DNA from: an uncultured Collinsella sp.
GTDB lineage: Bacteria; Actinomycetota; Coriobacteriia; Coriobacteriales; Coriobacteriaceae
Assembly (NCBI GenBank): GCA_900545165.1
Contig: UQYA01000002.1
Location: 2,543 to 66,542, forward strand
Reading direction: 5' to 3'
DNA length: 64,000 nucleotides
Part shown: piece after piece, positions 8,427-17,617 of the stretch
Position numbering within the stretch: the first letter of the stretch is position 1
Layout of the letters: every line of letters starts with the position of its first letter
Translations under genes and position numbers: made by a program
The notes under the pieces: model-generated
Told to the model about the DNA's origin: nothing
What the model saw: the letters and a program-made list of their open reading frames with translations, nothing else
The model's database searches: none

Positions 8427-9260
8427 CTAACGAGCAGAATCGATTTTTGCAATCAAGTCGTTCGCCCATGCCACGGCATCATCGACAGTCGGCAAAACGT
8501 TAAGTCCTTCCGCCTGGGAGAAATACAGTGAGTCCCAGCCCACTCCCCTCGAGATCATTGGAGGCCACTCCTGCTCCGCACGATACGCAAAGAGTCTGAT
8601 ACAGACCTCTCGAGTTTTTAGGTAATCAATTTCCCCGTTGGAAATTGCAATCTGGAGATCTATCAGATCATGGGCGCGCTCGCTGCCGGGGCTGCTCGCA
8701 GCATGAAGTTTCTGGGCAATCTGATGCTCGAGCCTCATGCACGGAACCGGCCCCGGTTCGGGAAACCCGAGACCTTTCAATATTGCCGCAGCTTCAGGCG
8801 AGGAAACCATATCGGGATCGTCGGCGTCGCCGATTTCGTTATGACCGACCTCAAGCGGCAGCGTCATCCACGATTTACCATTGTAGGCAATCTTGATTTC
8901 GAACGGACGCATGACGTAAGCAGTTGGAATTCCCTTCGGAGATGCGGGCTCCCTCGGAACAATGGCACCCGAGAATCCGTTCCAGCCCATAGTGAGCGAA
9001 TCTTCAAGCTTCGTCATGTAATCGTTCAGTGAGGATGCCCTGGCGGTATCGAGGTCGCGCGAGAACCGCGTGGCATCCTTCCCAAAGCGAATCTTCAGGG
9101 CATTTCCACCCTTTGCGGCTCCATCGGGTAGCATTTGTCCAACAACAACGGCCGCAATGAGCCTTTTAACGCGGCCCGGTTCTTCGCCCAAATCAGTGCA
9201 GAGTCGGTCTATCGCTATGTCAAGGTTACGTCTGCTGGTTGGCTTCTTGACTTCCTTCAC
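8427..9260 (-). CDS. abiEii: AbiEii/AbiGii-family nucleotidyltransferase toxin (DUF1814)
   Basis: 277 aa with an ...FSRDLD... nucleotidyltransferase-type segment. Its GTG start overlaps the antitoxin stop (GTGA), giving the classic AbiEi-AbiEii gene order. Confidence 0.8.
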   Translation of the reverse strand: MKEVKKPTSRRNLDIAIDRLCTDLGEEPGRVKRLIAAVVVGQMLPDGAAKGGNALKIRFGKDATRFSRDLDTARASSLNDYMTKLEDSLTMGWNGFSGAIVPREPASPKGIPTAYVMRPFEIKIAYNGKSWMTLPLEVGHNEIGDADDPDMVSSPEAAAILKGLGFPEPGPVPCMRLEHQIAQKLHAASSPGSERAHDLIDLQIAISNGEIDYLKTREVCIRLFAYRAEQEWPPMISRGVGWDSLYFSQAEGLNVLPTVDDAVAWANDLIAKIDSAR

Positions 9261-9784
9261 GACAGCTCCTTCATCAGTCTCTCATGCTCATTGGAGGTAA
9301 TAAGGCCCTCGGCTTGAGCGTGCTTGGTTGCCTCGATGAGGCGTTCGGTCATAACGGACCCCTTACAAGCCTCAATCGCATCGGCAACGCATTGAGAAGG
9401 GATTCCTTCATAGAACGTCGTTTTCGCATTCTCTGGAGCGGGCACTGTTTTTACCCAAGCTGGCAGTTTGCGGCGAATACGCTTTGGTGTTGCCACGGTC
9501 ACGGCACGAGGATCAACAAGTGCAAGTGCGTGCATAGACAGCACTGATTCGCCCCACAGGAAACCCTCGTCACCAACAAGAGCCACTGCCTCCGCAAAGA
9601 CGTCCCGGGGCGTCGGAACCCATTGGGTGAGCTTGTACACCCCATGTCCTCGGCGCATCAATTTCCCAGTGGCACACCATCGGCTCAGTTCTCCGGTGGT
9701 TACGCCAATCTCGCGTGCCTGCGCAGCAGTCACGATGCCGTAGCCATCTGCCGCCAGTTCGAATATTTCATCAAAGTGTTTCAT
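9257..9784 (-). CDS. abiEi: AbiEi-family type IV antitoxin (winged-helix N-terminus)
   Basis: 175 aa. N-terminus GIVTAAQAREIGVTTGELSRWCATGKLMRRGHGVYKL is the typical AbiEi wHTH. It is translationally coupled to the toxin gene. Confidence 0.8.
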   Translation of the reverse strand: MKHFDEIFELAADGYGIVTAAQAREIGVTTGELSRWCATGKLMRRGHGVYKLTQWVPTPRDVFAEAVALVGDEGFLWGESVLSMHALALVDPRAVTVATPKRIRRKLPAWVKTVPAPENAKTTFYEGIPSQCVADAIEACKGSVMTERLIEATKHAQAEGLITSNEHERLMKELS

Positions 9785-9820
9785 GTCAAAAGACTAACAC
9801 TTTTGTATGTCTTTTGACAT
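9783..9820. promoter_or_regulatory. 12-bp perfect inverted repeat over the abiEi start (candidate autoregulatory operator)
   Basis: ATGTCAAAAGAC (9783-9794) and GTCTTTTGACAT (9809-9820). The left arm includes the abiEi start codon. Confidence 0.45.
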
Positions 9821-10044
9821 AGACATGGTCTTAATTAAGCATTAGAGATCTATTTAAATTCGTATAGCATTGCAATCGCCCTCTCTGAATTCGAAGTCCG
9901 CGCCGACAGCATGCGGAAGTAAAAAGTACCGGCAAGAACGATATCGAATGAAATCGCTCCCGCTGGCATATATCTTACCATATAAACGAACACGTGTTCG
10001 TTCTCATCAATAATCAATTTATCACACGCCCGCTTTAGCCGCTG

Positions 10045-10250
10045 CCCGCGCGAATCGACTAGCCGATAGCTCTTCGCCGACAGCGCGTGCATCGTAAGCG
10101 GCTCGGGTGCCTTTGCCCGCGAGTGCTTCTGCGAGGGCGCCGAGGTGTTCCTGGACCTGTGTCGCGACGCCGTGCACGCGGCCGAGCTGCGCCAGTGGAG
10201 CCGGAGGGAGTGCGAGCTGCTGAGCGCCGCGCGCGGGATTGCGGGGTGCA
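10045..10250 (+). pseudogene. decayed 3'-end copy of the 7982-8404 gene
   Basis: 10098-10244 aligns by hand to 8249-8395 at roughly 80-85% identity (..GSGAFARECFCEGAEVFLDLCRDAV..LRQWSRRECELLSAARGIA). There is an in-frame TAG at 10067 and no start codon. Confidence 0.55.
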
Positions 10251-10395
10251 GACGAAAGCAATTTAGAATAAGCATTCATGTGCAGTCATCGAGTTCCTCC
10301 GCTGAAGCGCACTGCGAATAGTAACCTTGCCGCCGGCAATGGGCTTGTTGGCAAATCTGCACCGCTGAAGAAGGTAGTAAGACCCCCAAACAGAA

Positions 10396-10419
10396 GGGGG
10401 CTGCACATCTGCAGCCCCC
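10396..10419 (-). terminator. hairpin terminator after the DUF4230 pair
   Basis: GGGGGCTGCA-CATC-TGCAGCCCCC with T-rich flanks on both strands, 27 nt past the stop at 10446. Confidence 0.6.
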
Positions 10420-10445
10420 TTTAATCCGACCGATTGCCAACCAGT

Positions 10446-11030
10446 CTATTCGGCATCCTTAAACTGAACTTCGTACTTCTCGCCCATCCGCTCACCAATT
10501 CCAGTGACGTACCGGCCCAAGAGAGTTTTAGCTCTTTCACGGGCGCTGCTCATCAATGCTGAATTGCCCTCGGCACTTTTTACCATTTCATTTTGGGCTT
10601 CTTCAAGCGCAGCAGACTGATCAACTGTCGTAATAGGAGTTAGCAGTCCGGTATCGCTATAGATATCAGAAAAGGTGCTCTCGTCGGCTTGGGGCTGACC
10701 AAGGACCTGCGCATTAGGGAGCGTGATAGTTACGACATTGTTCTCATCCGGCTTACTGACATCTACCTTGGAGACGTCAACGCCCAGTTGCACCGTTCCG
10801 TCATACTCGAACCACGCTTTCTTGTATCCCACGTTTATCCCAAACAACATATTGGTGCCGTCGTTATAGATTTCCGCGACGTTATGGAATCTGCACTCGA
10901 CGGTAGCAAGCTCGGCAATCTTCGTATAACCCGAAAAATCAGGCTCTTCGTCTTTTTTGGCGCAACCCGAAAGCCCAGTAAGTGACAGCGCCACCACGAG
11001 GGCAAAGCATACCAACCATGGTTTACGCAT
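10446..11030 (-). CDS. DUF4230-like lipoprotein
   Basis: ORF trimmed to ATG 11030 (GGGGGAG upstream). Signal peptide plus lipobox LSGC. The body (ELATVECRF..., GVDVSKVDV..., ITLPNAQVL) matches the DUF4230 pattern as I remember it. Confidence 0.65.
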   Translation of the reverse strand: MRKPWLVCFALVVALSLTGLSGCAKKDEEPDFSGYTKIAELATVECRFHNVAEIYNDGTNMLFGINVGYKKAWFEYDGTVQLGVDVSKVDVSKPDENNVVTITLPNAQVLGQPQADESTFSDIYSDTGLLTPITTVDQSAALEEAQNEMVKSAEGNSALMSSARERAKTLLGRYVTGIGERMGEKYEVQFKDAE

Positions 11031-11763
11031 TGGAGTCAGTCTCCCCCTTGTAATCGGCCAACGGTTTGAAATCAAGCTTGTACTCATCCTCGATAAGCGG
11101 CAGCGTCAGCGCCTTTACGGTATCCCGCAAGCTCGCGTCCGCCTGTTTTTTGATCTCCTTTTTATCGACTTCATCTGCGGCATCTTTGCGACAAAGTGAC
11201 AGAACATCTTTCATATCTGCAGTTGCGTTTTCGGGAAGATAGCCAAACTTACTATTGTCGAGCTGTGGCTCGCTCACCTGCGCTTTGGGGAGATAGGCGG
11301 TAACGGTCTTATTCTCTTCGTCAATGTCAAACTGGATGTCGCTCATCGTATACGATGCACGAATGTGAGCCTCGTATTTAACGCGATAGTCCACGCGATC
11401 CATCCAGAGGAACCTGCCGTGCTTCTCGACGATGCCGTGGTAGGTGTAATCAACCGTAGAAAGACTGTCGATATCTACAGCAGACTTAAGATCCGATGTC
11501 GTGAGGTACTGAGTTTCGTGGTTATCGGTTATCCAAGGAAGGCCACCGCCAAAAAAACTGGCAAGGGCCACCACTATGACCACGACCAAAACAATCTTTA
11601 CTTTGGTCGATAGCTTTCCAAAATGCTTGGCAACCTTCTTACCCCACTTGTCATTCGCCTCGACCGCTTCTTTTCGAGGCGCTTCCACACGCTCATCATG
11701 CCCGGAGGTACATTCGGACTGAATGCCCCTCTCATGTTTGCTATGTTCCAAAACAAGCCTCAC
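11023..11763 (-). CDS. DUF4230-like membrane-anchored protein (paralogue of the downstream gene)
   Basis: 246 aa with an N-terminal TM segment (IVLVVVIVVALASFF). The layout is similar (DYTYHGIVE..., VTAYLPKAQV...). It overlaps the next gene by 8 nt. The start codon (GTG 11763) is uncertain. Confidence 0.6.
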   Translation of the reverse strand: MRLVLEHSKHERGIQSECTSGHDERVEAPRKEAVEANDKWGKKVAKHFGKLSTKVKIVLVVVIVVALASFFGGGLPWITDNHETQYLTTSDLKSAVDIDSLSTVDYTYHGIVEKHGRFLWMDRVDYRVKYEAHIRASYTMSDIQFDIDEENKTVTAYLPKAQVSEPQLDNSKFGYLPENATADMKDVLSLCRKDAADEVDKKEIKKQADASLRDTVKALTLPLIEDEYKLDFKPLADYKGETDSNA

Positions 11764-11845
11764 TCATACCGTTGAGTAATAATCTGCTGGTAGAATTCTA
11801 TCAGCAGTTATTGAACTCATTTCTTCCAGTTCGGCAGGAGGCAAA

Positions 11846-11941
11846 ATGAAGCGGTTGTATGCGGTTTTGGCAGTTGTAATCGCGTTGGTGGTCTTTATTC
11901 TTCTCGCCAGCAGCATCGGCATTATCAGCATCAGGCTTTAG
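11846..11941 (+). CDS. 31-aa hydrophobic mini-ORF (MKRLYAVLAVVIALVVFILLASSIGIISIRL)
   Basis: Found by reading the sequence; too short for the track. AGGAGG lies 7 nt upstream of ATG 11846. The product is a single TM helix. Confidence 0.3.
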   Translation: MKRLYAVLAVVIALVVFILLASSIGIISIRL

Positions 11942-12429
11942 CTTGCCATCAAATACCTCGCATCCATCCCTCGGCAGATTCAGTCTCAGCCTTCAAACTA
12001 GGCAACCACAGCGGCATGCACAACGTCTGCGGGCTCACCGATTCCGATGAGCCCGCTTTCCGCAATCTGGTTGCCAAAAGCTCCACATTAATGATTGCCC
12101 GCATCGACATTGCAATCGATGTACGGTCAGGGAGTGTTGATAAAAAGTGACTAAACGCTTGACGTGTGAGGACGTAAAAGCCTGCATCCCAAATAAGGTG
12201 GGATCAAGCGTGTGCGTCGGCTTCTTGGCAAGCAGAGCAATGGGCGTACAAGATGTTATGCGAGAAATAGCGATGACAGAGATGCGCAAATAAGGTCGTG
12301 GATAGCAGCTCTCAATGGTCCCAAATTGCAACTAGCTTAAGGACGCATTGAAAAACATAGCTGCACGAATGCAGTCAGGACCACAGTGAAACCCGATACC
12401 ATGACTACCAAACCACAGCAGGCTCAGCA

Positions 12430-13203
12430 CTAGTTGACAGTCCCCTTTTTAATGTGACACTCGATGCCGTGATCAAAACAAAAATCACGGACTTCCCTTG
12501 CACTATCACGATAGAAGCGGGCGCAGTCGTCGTAGGAGCTTGTTAACCTGTCATAGTGCGTCCTGCCAAAAACAATTTTATCGACAAAAGAGATCTTGCG
12601 CAGCAGCGCATCCAAATCTTGCTCGCAGATATTTGGAGTCGGATATGGCTCCATGCTAACCCAAGTCTTACAGCCAGCCTTATGGAGAGACTCGAGAGCG
12701 GCAAGCCTGACTGAGTATGCCGCTGCACCGGGTTCCATCCTTTTCCGATTGTCCTCATCAAGTGACACCAAGGTAATTCCATAGGTGTTCAACGCCGCAT
12801 TAGGCAACGCCGCAAGTTCAACGGGAAGCTCTCCTTTCGTTAGAATGCTGCACGGCTTACCGTACTCGTTAATGAGCTCAATTGCACCCAAGCTCATACT
12901 GCCAACTTCTGGATATCCGAGCATAAAAGGATCGGTTGTAAAGCACAGTTGAACCTGTTTTATCTCATCACAATAACGCGGCAACTCTTTGCGCAGCAGA
13001 TCCAAAGTGTTGTCGACAAGGCTCGGCCGCCGCCATTCCTCGTATGTTTTGACACGCCCAAAACGTTTTGCCATTAAATATGCATAGCATGGAAAATTGC
13101 ATCCATGCGAACAGCCTTGCACATGATTCATCGCCCAATCGCCATATTCAACTTTTGTACGGTAGAGCATACTTTTTCGATATATGTGCCCAAGTTGTTC
13201 CAT
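12430..13203 (-). CDS. three-Cys-motif, radical-SAM-like protein (Gp37/Gp68 DUF5131 / SplB-like)
   Basis: 257 aa. The motif GCSHGCNFPCYAYLMAKRF has C-x3-C-x3-C spacing, not the canonical C-x3-C-x2-C. Downstream TTDPF and ILTKG segments resemble radical-SAM barrel strands. It is the last gene of the hsd operon. Confidence 0.6.
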   Translation of the reverse strand: MEQLGHIYRKSMLYRTKVEYGDWAMNHVQGCSHGCNFPCYAYLMAKRFGRVKTYEEWRRPSLVDNTLDLLRKELPRYCDEIKQVQLCFTTDPFMLGYPEVGSMSLGAIELINEYGKPCSILTKGELPVELAALPNAALNTYGITLVSLDEDNRKRMEPGAAAYSVRLAALESLHKAGCKTWVSMEPYPTPNICEQDLDALLRKISFVDKIVFGRTHYDRLTSSYDDCARFYRDSAREVRDFCFDHGIECHIKKGTVN

Positions 13204-13264
13204 TGTTCTTTAATTCTCTTCTCGCTAAACTTCCTCACACCAAAGATACGACCGACCTAAGCAC

Positions 13265-14491
13265 TCATCTTGCTCGATAAACCTCGTCTTTGAGCGCAAA
13301 GCTCTTTTTTGGCTTTCCTTTCAAAGTGTTCTTGACCGCACGCTCAAGAACACCTTCCTCAATCATTGGGCCCACATAGGTCTTCAAAATAGTATTGCTT
13401 CTGTCAAAGACTCCGCACTCGGAAATCAACGTGGCAGCAATATCGCCCATTTTCATGTTTTGGTGAACGGGCATATGCTGGACAAAATCACTGGCCTTGG
13501 CCGCAATTACGGCAGTCTCAACATTGCGACCATCAACATCCACCGCAAACAATCCCAACTGCTTGCATTGCCGGTCGAGGTTGCGCTTAATCATGTTATC
13601 GTTCATCAGAACGCAACCGTCTGGGCTATTGGTCATATGGATCATTCTATATTTGACGAGCCCACCGACATTAACGCGTTTACTCATATCTTTGATAGGC
13701 ATATTCGTTACATACTTATAGTAAGAACGCGCGTTGTTGCAAAAGAGTTCCGAGAGCGCATGTTCAGCCTGCCAAGCGTCGATCTCTCCAGCCTTATAAC
13801 GAACGACCACTTCTTTCCAGTTACCACTTCCGATGCAGGCATTCAGACGTTCAACCCAAACGCTGGCTTTCGTGAGCTCATTAAAGTCGTCTTCCGGCAG
13901 TTCAACTTCATTTGGAAGTGACAGTGGCACTTTCATGGCAGCGCAGGCAACGCGGAATAAACCAAAACTATTGAAGTTGACCAGGGCCTCCGTGTGAGCC
14001 ATATTCGGCGAATTAGTTAGAAGATCGAGTCGTAGGTCTTTAACCCCGAATGGATCGATGTAATAGAAGACTGTTGAGGGCTTACCGCCCCCACAAACGC
14101 TAGTTTGTTGTGCCCGTCTTATAGCATCCTCGCAACTGGAAACGATAATTGGCGGCTTGATATAGCCGCTGGCTCCCTTTGCTTCGTTAAATGTCGATTC
14201 GAGATGCTTTCTAGATTCCGCGTTGGATTCACTAAGAATGAACTGGATGGGCGTCTTTGAACGATTTTTCTTTGCAATTGCAAAATACTTAGAAAGGGCA
14301 ATCAAGGGAGATCCTTTACTGCCATCGGCAAATAAACCCGCGCCAGCAAAAGCATCGATATAAAGAATGCCGTTCCGTGAAGGTCGATACACTTTAGTGA
14401 AAAAAGGCGTTAGATAGCATGACAGAAGATCATCCTTAGTCTCAGACCACGGATGTTTTGCCTGAAAGTAATCTGACTGATTTTTTGCCAT
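13265..14491 (-). CDS. tcmP: TcmP-like 'three-Cys-motif partner' protein (Rossmann/methyltransferase-like N-terminus)
   Basis: 408 aa. N-terminus HPWSETKDDLLSCYLTPFF...ILYIDAFAGAGLFADGSKGSPLIAL matches the family signature as I remember it, including an FAGxG motif-I-like loop. It is paired with the three-Cys protein. Confidence 0.55.
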   Translation of the reverse strand: MAKNQSDYFQAKHPWSETKDDLLSCYLTPFFTKVYRPSRNGILYIDAFAGAGLFADGSKGSPLIALSKYFAIAKKNRSKTPIQFILSESNAESRKHLESTFNEAKGASGYIKPPIIVSSCEDAIRRAQQTSVCGGGKPSTVFYYIDPFGVKDLRLDLLTNSPNMAHTEALVNFNSFGLFRVACAAMKVPLSLPNEVELPEDDFNELTKASVWVERLNACIGSGNWKEVVVRYKAGEIDAWQAEHALSELFCNNARSYYKYVTNMPIKDMSKRVNVGGLVKYRMIHMTNSPDGCVLMNDNMIKRNLDRQCKQLGLFAVDVDGRNVETAVIAAKASDFVQHMPVHQNMKMGDIAATLISECGVFDRSNTILKTYVGPMIEEGVLERAVKNTLKGKPKKSFALKDEVYRAR

Positions 14492-14523
14492 GCTAAGCCC
14501 ACCTTGCTCTTAGTCCTCATCGT

Positions 14524-17500
14524 CTACTTGAACTTCTCCACCAGCAACTGCCCGATGGCGCTCATCATGGCGCGATACTTCTCACTGTCCTCAAAGAGGC
14601 TGGTAAAGGAGTCCGTGTTCTCCACATAGGCGCGGCGAGCCTCTTCATCGAACACCTTGGGCAGCAGGCTTGATTCGAAGACCTGTCTGCCGTCGCGACG
14701 GATGGTGTCGGCGACCTGCGGGTTTTCGGCGATACGCTTCCACAGCGTGTCGATAACCACACGATCTCCCTCGGTGAAGTTGCCAGCCCACTGCTCGTTG
14801 AACTTATCCACGAGCACCTGCAGCGGGTCGCGCTTCTTGTCGGGCGTCACGGTCTTGGCCGCGCCACCGGGATCGAGCACGCCGCCGCCAGGCTCAAGCG
14901 AAATGCTGCCCTCGAACTCTTGCTTGAGCTTGTAGAAGCGCATCTCGACCTTGTCGTCCACCGCCTCGACGGGGATCTTCTCGACCTTGAGGAGGTGGCG
15001 CAGATAGCTCAGATACACGTACTCCTTGTGCAGGTCGCGATCGAACATGCGAACAATCTGGGTGATGTAGGTGTACCACTTGCAGAAGCTACGCACCTTA
15101 CGACGCACCTGATAGCGCGAGTCGTCATCCAGCTCGTTGTAGCGCGAGACCGCAGGCTTCAAAACGGCAGCAAGCTTGCCCTGCACGTTGCCCTGCGGCT
15201 TACCCTTGTCATCCGTGAAGACAATCTCGGCCGCGGCCTCGATGTCGTCCTCGTCGTAGAGTTTGTAGCCGCGAATGTCGGTCTGCACCTGATAGAGGAG
15301 GTCGGTGTTGATCTGCTCGGAAAGCGACGTCTCGGCATAGAAGCGCTCGAACGCCTTCTGGATATCCTCGGGCTTGTTCACAAAGTCGAGGATGTAGGTG
15401 TCCTCCTTGTCCGGATGGATACGGTTGACGCGGCAGAGCGTCTGAACCGCCTTCACGTCCTTGAGCTTCTTGTCCACCACCAGCGTGTGAAGCAGAGGCT
15501 CATCGAAGCCCGTCTGGTACTTCTCGGCGACAACGAGCACGTCACCATAGTTGTGGAACTCGGCCTTCGTTTGGCTCTCGGCGACACGTTGCCCATCGTG
15601 GCCGACGTTGATAGACGGCTCGGTGTACTCGGGACCGTTGGGGCCATCCACGGGGTCGCTGATGGCACCCGAGAACGCCACCAGCACCTCGACGTCGTCG
15701 TAGCCCTTCTTCTGCATGTAGCGCTTGATCTCGTGGTAGTAGCGAACCGTCGCGAGGCGCGAGGCAGTGACCACCATCATCTTGCCCTTGCCGCGGATCT
15801 TGGTGCGCGTAACGTTGCGGAACGTCTCCACGATGAGCTCGGCCTTCTGACCGAGAGCGTAGGGATGCAGCTCCTTGTACTTGCGGAGCAGCTTGAGCGT
15901 GGGGCTGCTGGGCACATCGGGGTTGTCGGGGACCGTGCGCGCGAGCTCGACGGCCTCCGAATAACTCACGTAGTTGGCGAGGGGGTCCATAATGAAGCCC
16001 TCCTCTATCGCCTGGCGCATCGAGTAGACGTGGAACGGGTGGAAGGACCCGTCAGGCCACTCATCGCCGAAGATCTCGAGCGTCTGTTCCTTTGGCGTGG
16101 CGGTAAAGGCAACGAAGGTCAGGTTCTTGTGACGGCCGTGGCTCGCGAGCTCGTCGGCGAGCTGGTCCTCCCAATCGGCTGCGGCGTCCTCGGCTTCCGC
16201 CTCGATCTCAGCGTACTCCTCGAGCGCGTCGCGCTTGTCGGCAAGGGCGCTCTTGAGCTTGAGCGCGCTCGTTCCCGTCTGGGACGAGTGCGCCTCGTCG
16301 ACGATGATGGCGAAGCGCTTACCCTTGCTCTCGACCTGCTCGTAAATCACGGGGAACTTTTGCAGGGTCGAGACGATGAGACGAGCGCCGCCGTTGATGG
16401 CGTCCCGCAGGTCGGCCGAGGTCTTGTCCTTGCCGATGGTCACGACCGAGCCGATGGCGTGGTCGAAGCCCGAGATGGTCTCCTGCAGCTGGCTGTCGAG
16501 AATGCGACGGTCGGTGACGACGACCACGGAGTCGAACAGCGGGGTGTCATCCACAAAGAGGGATGCAAGGCGATAGGCCGTCCAGGCGATGCTGTTAGAC
16601 TTGCCCGACCCCGCCGAATGCTGCACGAGGTAGTTCTTGCCCGTCCCGTTCGCGCGCACGTCGGCGATGACCTTACGCACGGAGTCGAGCTGGTGGTAAC
16701 GGGGGAAGATGATGCGCTCCTTCTTGCGCTTCACCTCGTTGCCGCGCGCATCGAGCTCTGTCTCTTCCTTGACCTCCAGGTGAAGGAACTTGTTGACGAT
16801 ATCGAGCAGGCTGTCCTTCTGCAGGGCGACCTCCCACAAGTGACTCGTGGCATAACCGTCGGGATTTGCGGGGTTGCCGGCGCCGCCGTCGTTTCCCGCC
16901 CCGGCGGAGCCCTGGTTGAACGGCAGGAAGAAGGTCTTCGCGCCCTCCAGCTTGGTGGTCATGTAGACATTTTCGAGATCGACGGCGAAAAATGCCAGCA
17001 TGCGCGCGTTGAACTTGAGACAGCGACACCGTGGATCGCGGTCCTCGCGCCACTGGCGCATGGCGTTCTCGACGTCTTGGCCGGTAAACTGGTCCTTGAG
17101 CTCTATGCCCACCAGGGGGATGCCGTTCACGTCCAGGACCATGTCGATGGTCTGGTTGCCCGTCTCGGCGAAGTGGAACTGGCGGATGCAGCGGCAAACG
17201 TTCTTGGCATAGCGATCGGCGGCGCTTTCGTTAAGACCGCTCTCCGGCTTGAAGAATACAACTTTGAACGGAATTCCTCGGTGCTTGAAGCCGTGTTTGA
17301 GCACTGCAACCATGCCTAGGCGGTCGACGGCGTCGTTGAAGACTTTGGCGAACTTCGCCGTGGAATCGGAGTTGCACATGCGCTCGAAGCGCTCCCAAGC
17401 CTTGGGCTGCGTCGTCTGGATAAAGTTGACCAGAGTCGTAGCGTCGAGCGCGCGGTCGCGGTGTTCCATGTAGCCGCCGCCGACCATCTGATAGGTGCCG

Positions 17501-17616
17501 TCCTCGACGTAGAGGAGCGAATGTTTATCGTCGCACTTAAGGAAACCGCCCGCAGGCGAGCAGAGGAACGACTCTATGTCCTGCTCGAGGTTCTTTTCCT
17601 TTGTCTGCGCAGACAT
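14524..17616 (-). CDS. hsdR: type I restriction endonuclease subunit R
   Basis: 1030 aa. Helicase motif I is QHSAGSGKSNSIAW and the DEAH box is IIVDEAHSSQ. The size and the HsdR N-terminal nuclease region are typical. Confidence 0.9.
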   Translation of the reverse strand: MSAQTKEKNLEQDIESFLCSPAGGFLKCDDKHSLLYVEDGTYQMVGGGYMEHRDRALDATTLVNFIQTTQPKAWERFERMCNSDSTAKFAKVFNDAVDRLGMVAVLKHGFKHRGIPFKVVFFKPESGLNESAADRYAKNVCRCIRQFHFAETGNQTIDMVLDVNGIPLVGIELKDQFTGQDVENAMRQWREDRDPRCRCLKFNARMLAFFAVDLENVYMTTKLEGAKTFFLPFNQGSAGAGNDGGAGNPANPDGYATSHLWEVALQKDSLLDIVNKFLHLEVKEETELDARGNEVKRKKERIIFPRYHQLDSVRKVIADVRANGTGKNYLVQHSAGSGKSNSIAWTAYRLASLFVDDTPLFDSVVVVTDRRILDSQLQETISGFDHAIGSVVTIGKDKTSADLRDAINGGARLIVSTLQKFPVIYEQVESKGKRFAIIVDEAHSSQTGTSALKLKSALADKRDALEEYAEIEAEAEDAAADWEDQLADELASHGRHKNLTFVAFTATPKEQTLEIFGDEWPDGSFHPFHVYSMRQAIEEGFIMDPLANYVSYSEAVELARTVPDNPDVPSSPTLKLLRKYKELHPYALGQKAELIVETFRNVTRTKIRGKGKMMVVTASRLATVRYYHEIKRYMQKKGYDDVEVLVAFSGAISDPVDGPNGPEYTEPSINVGHDGQRVAESQTKAEFHNYGDVLVVAEKYQTGFDEPLLHTLVVDKKLKDVKAVQTLCRVNRIHPDKEDTYILDFVNKPEDIQKAFERFYAETSLSEQINTDLLYQVQTDIRGYKLYDEDDIEAAAEIVFTDDKGKPQGNVQGKLAAVLKPAVSRYNELDDDSRYQVRRKVRSFCKWYTYITQIVRMFDRDLHKEYVYLSYLRHLLKVEKIPVEAVDDKVEMRFYKLKQEFEGSISLEPGGGVLDPGGAAKTVTPDKKRDPLQVLVDKFNEQWAGNFTEGDRVVIDTLWKRIAENPQVADTIRRDGRQVFESSLLPKVFDEEARRAYVENTDSFTSLFEDSEKYRAMMSAIGQLLVEKFK

Positions 17617-17617
17617 G

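Noticed and set aside
9850-10279. Minus-strand ORFs 9850..10275 and 10022..10279
   Set aside because: Their 5' parts are antisense to the decayed gene-end copy. An 80-aa product from ATG 10092 (MHALSAKSYRLVD...MLYEFK) cannot be excluded. However, it has no SD and I recognise no family.
12035-12331. 98-aa minus-strand ORF in the AT-rich gap
   Set aside because: It has no SD, an implausible composition (Cys/His/Thr-rich with no motif), and sits isolated in non-coding-looking DNA.
14920-17319. 799-aa plus-strand ORF inside hsdR
   Set aside because: It is antisense to an unambiguous HsdR with helicase motifs, and it is low complexity.
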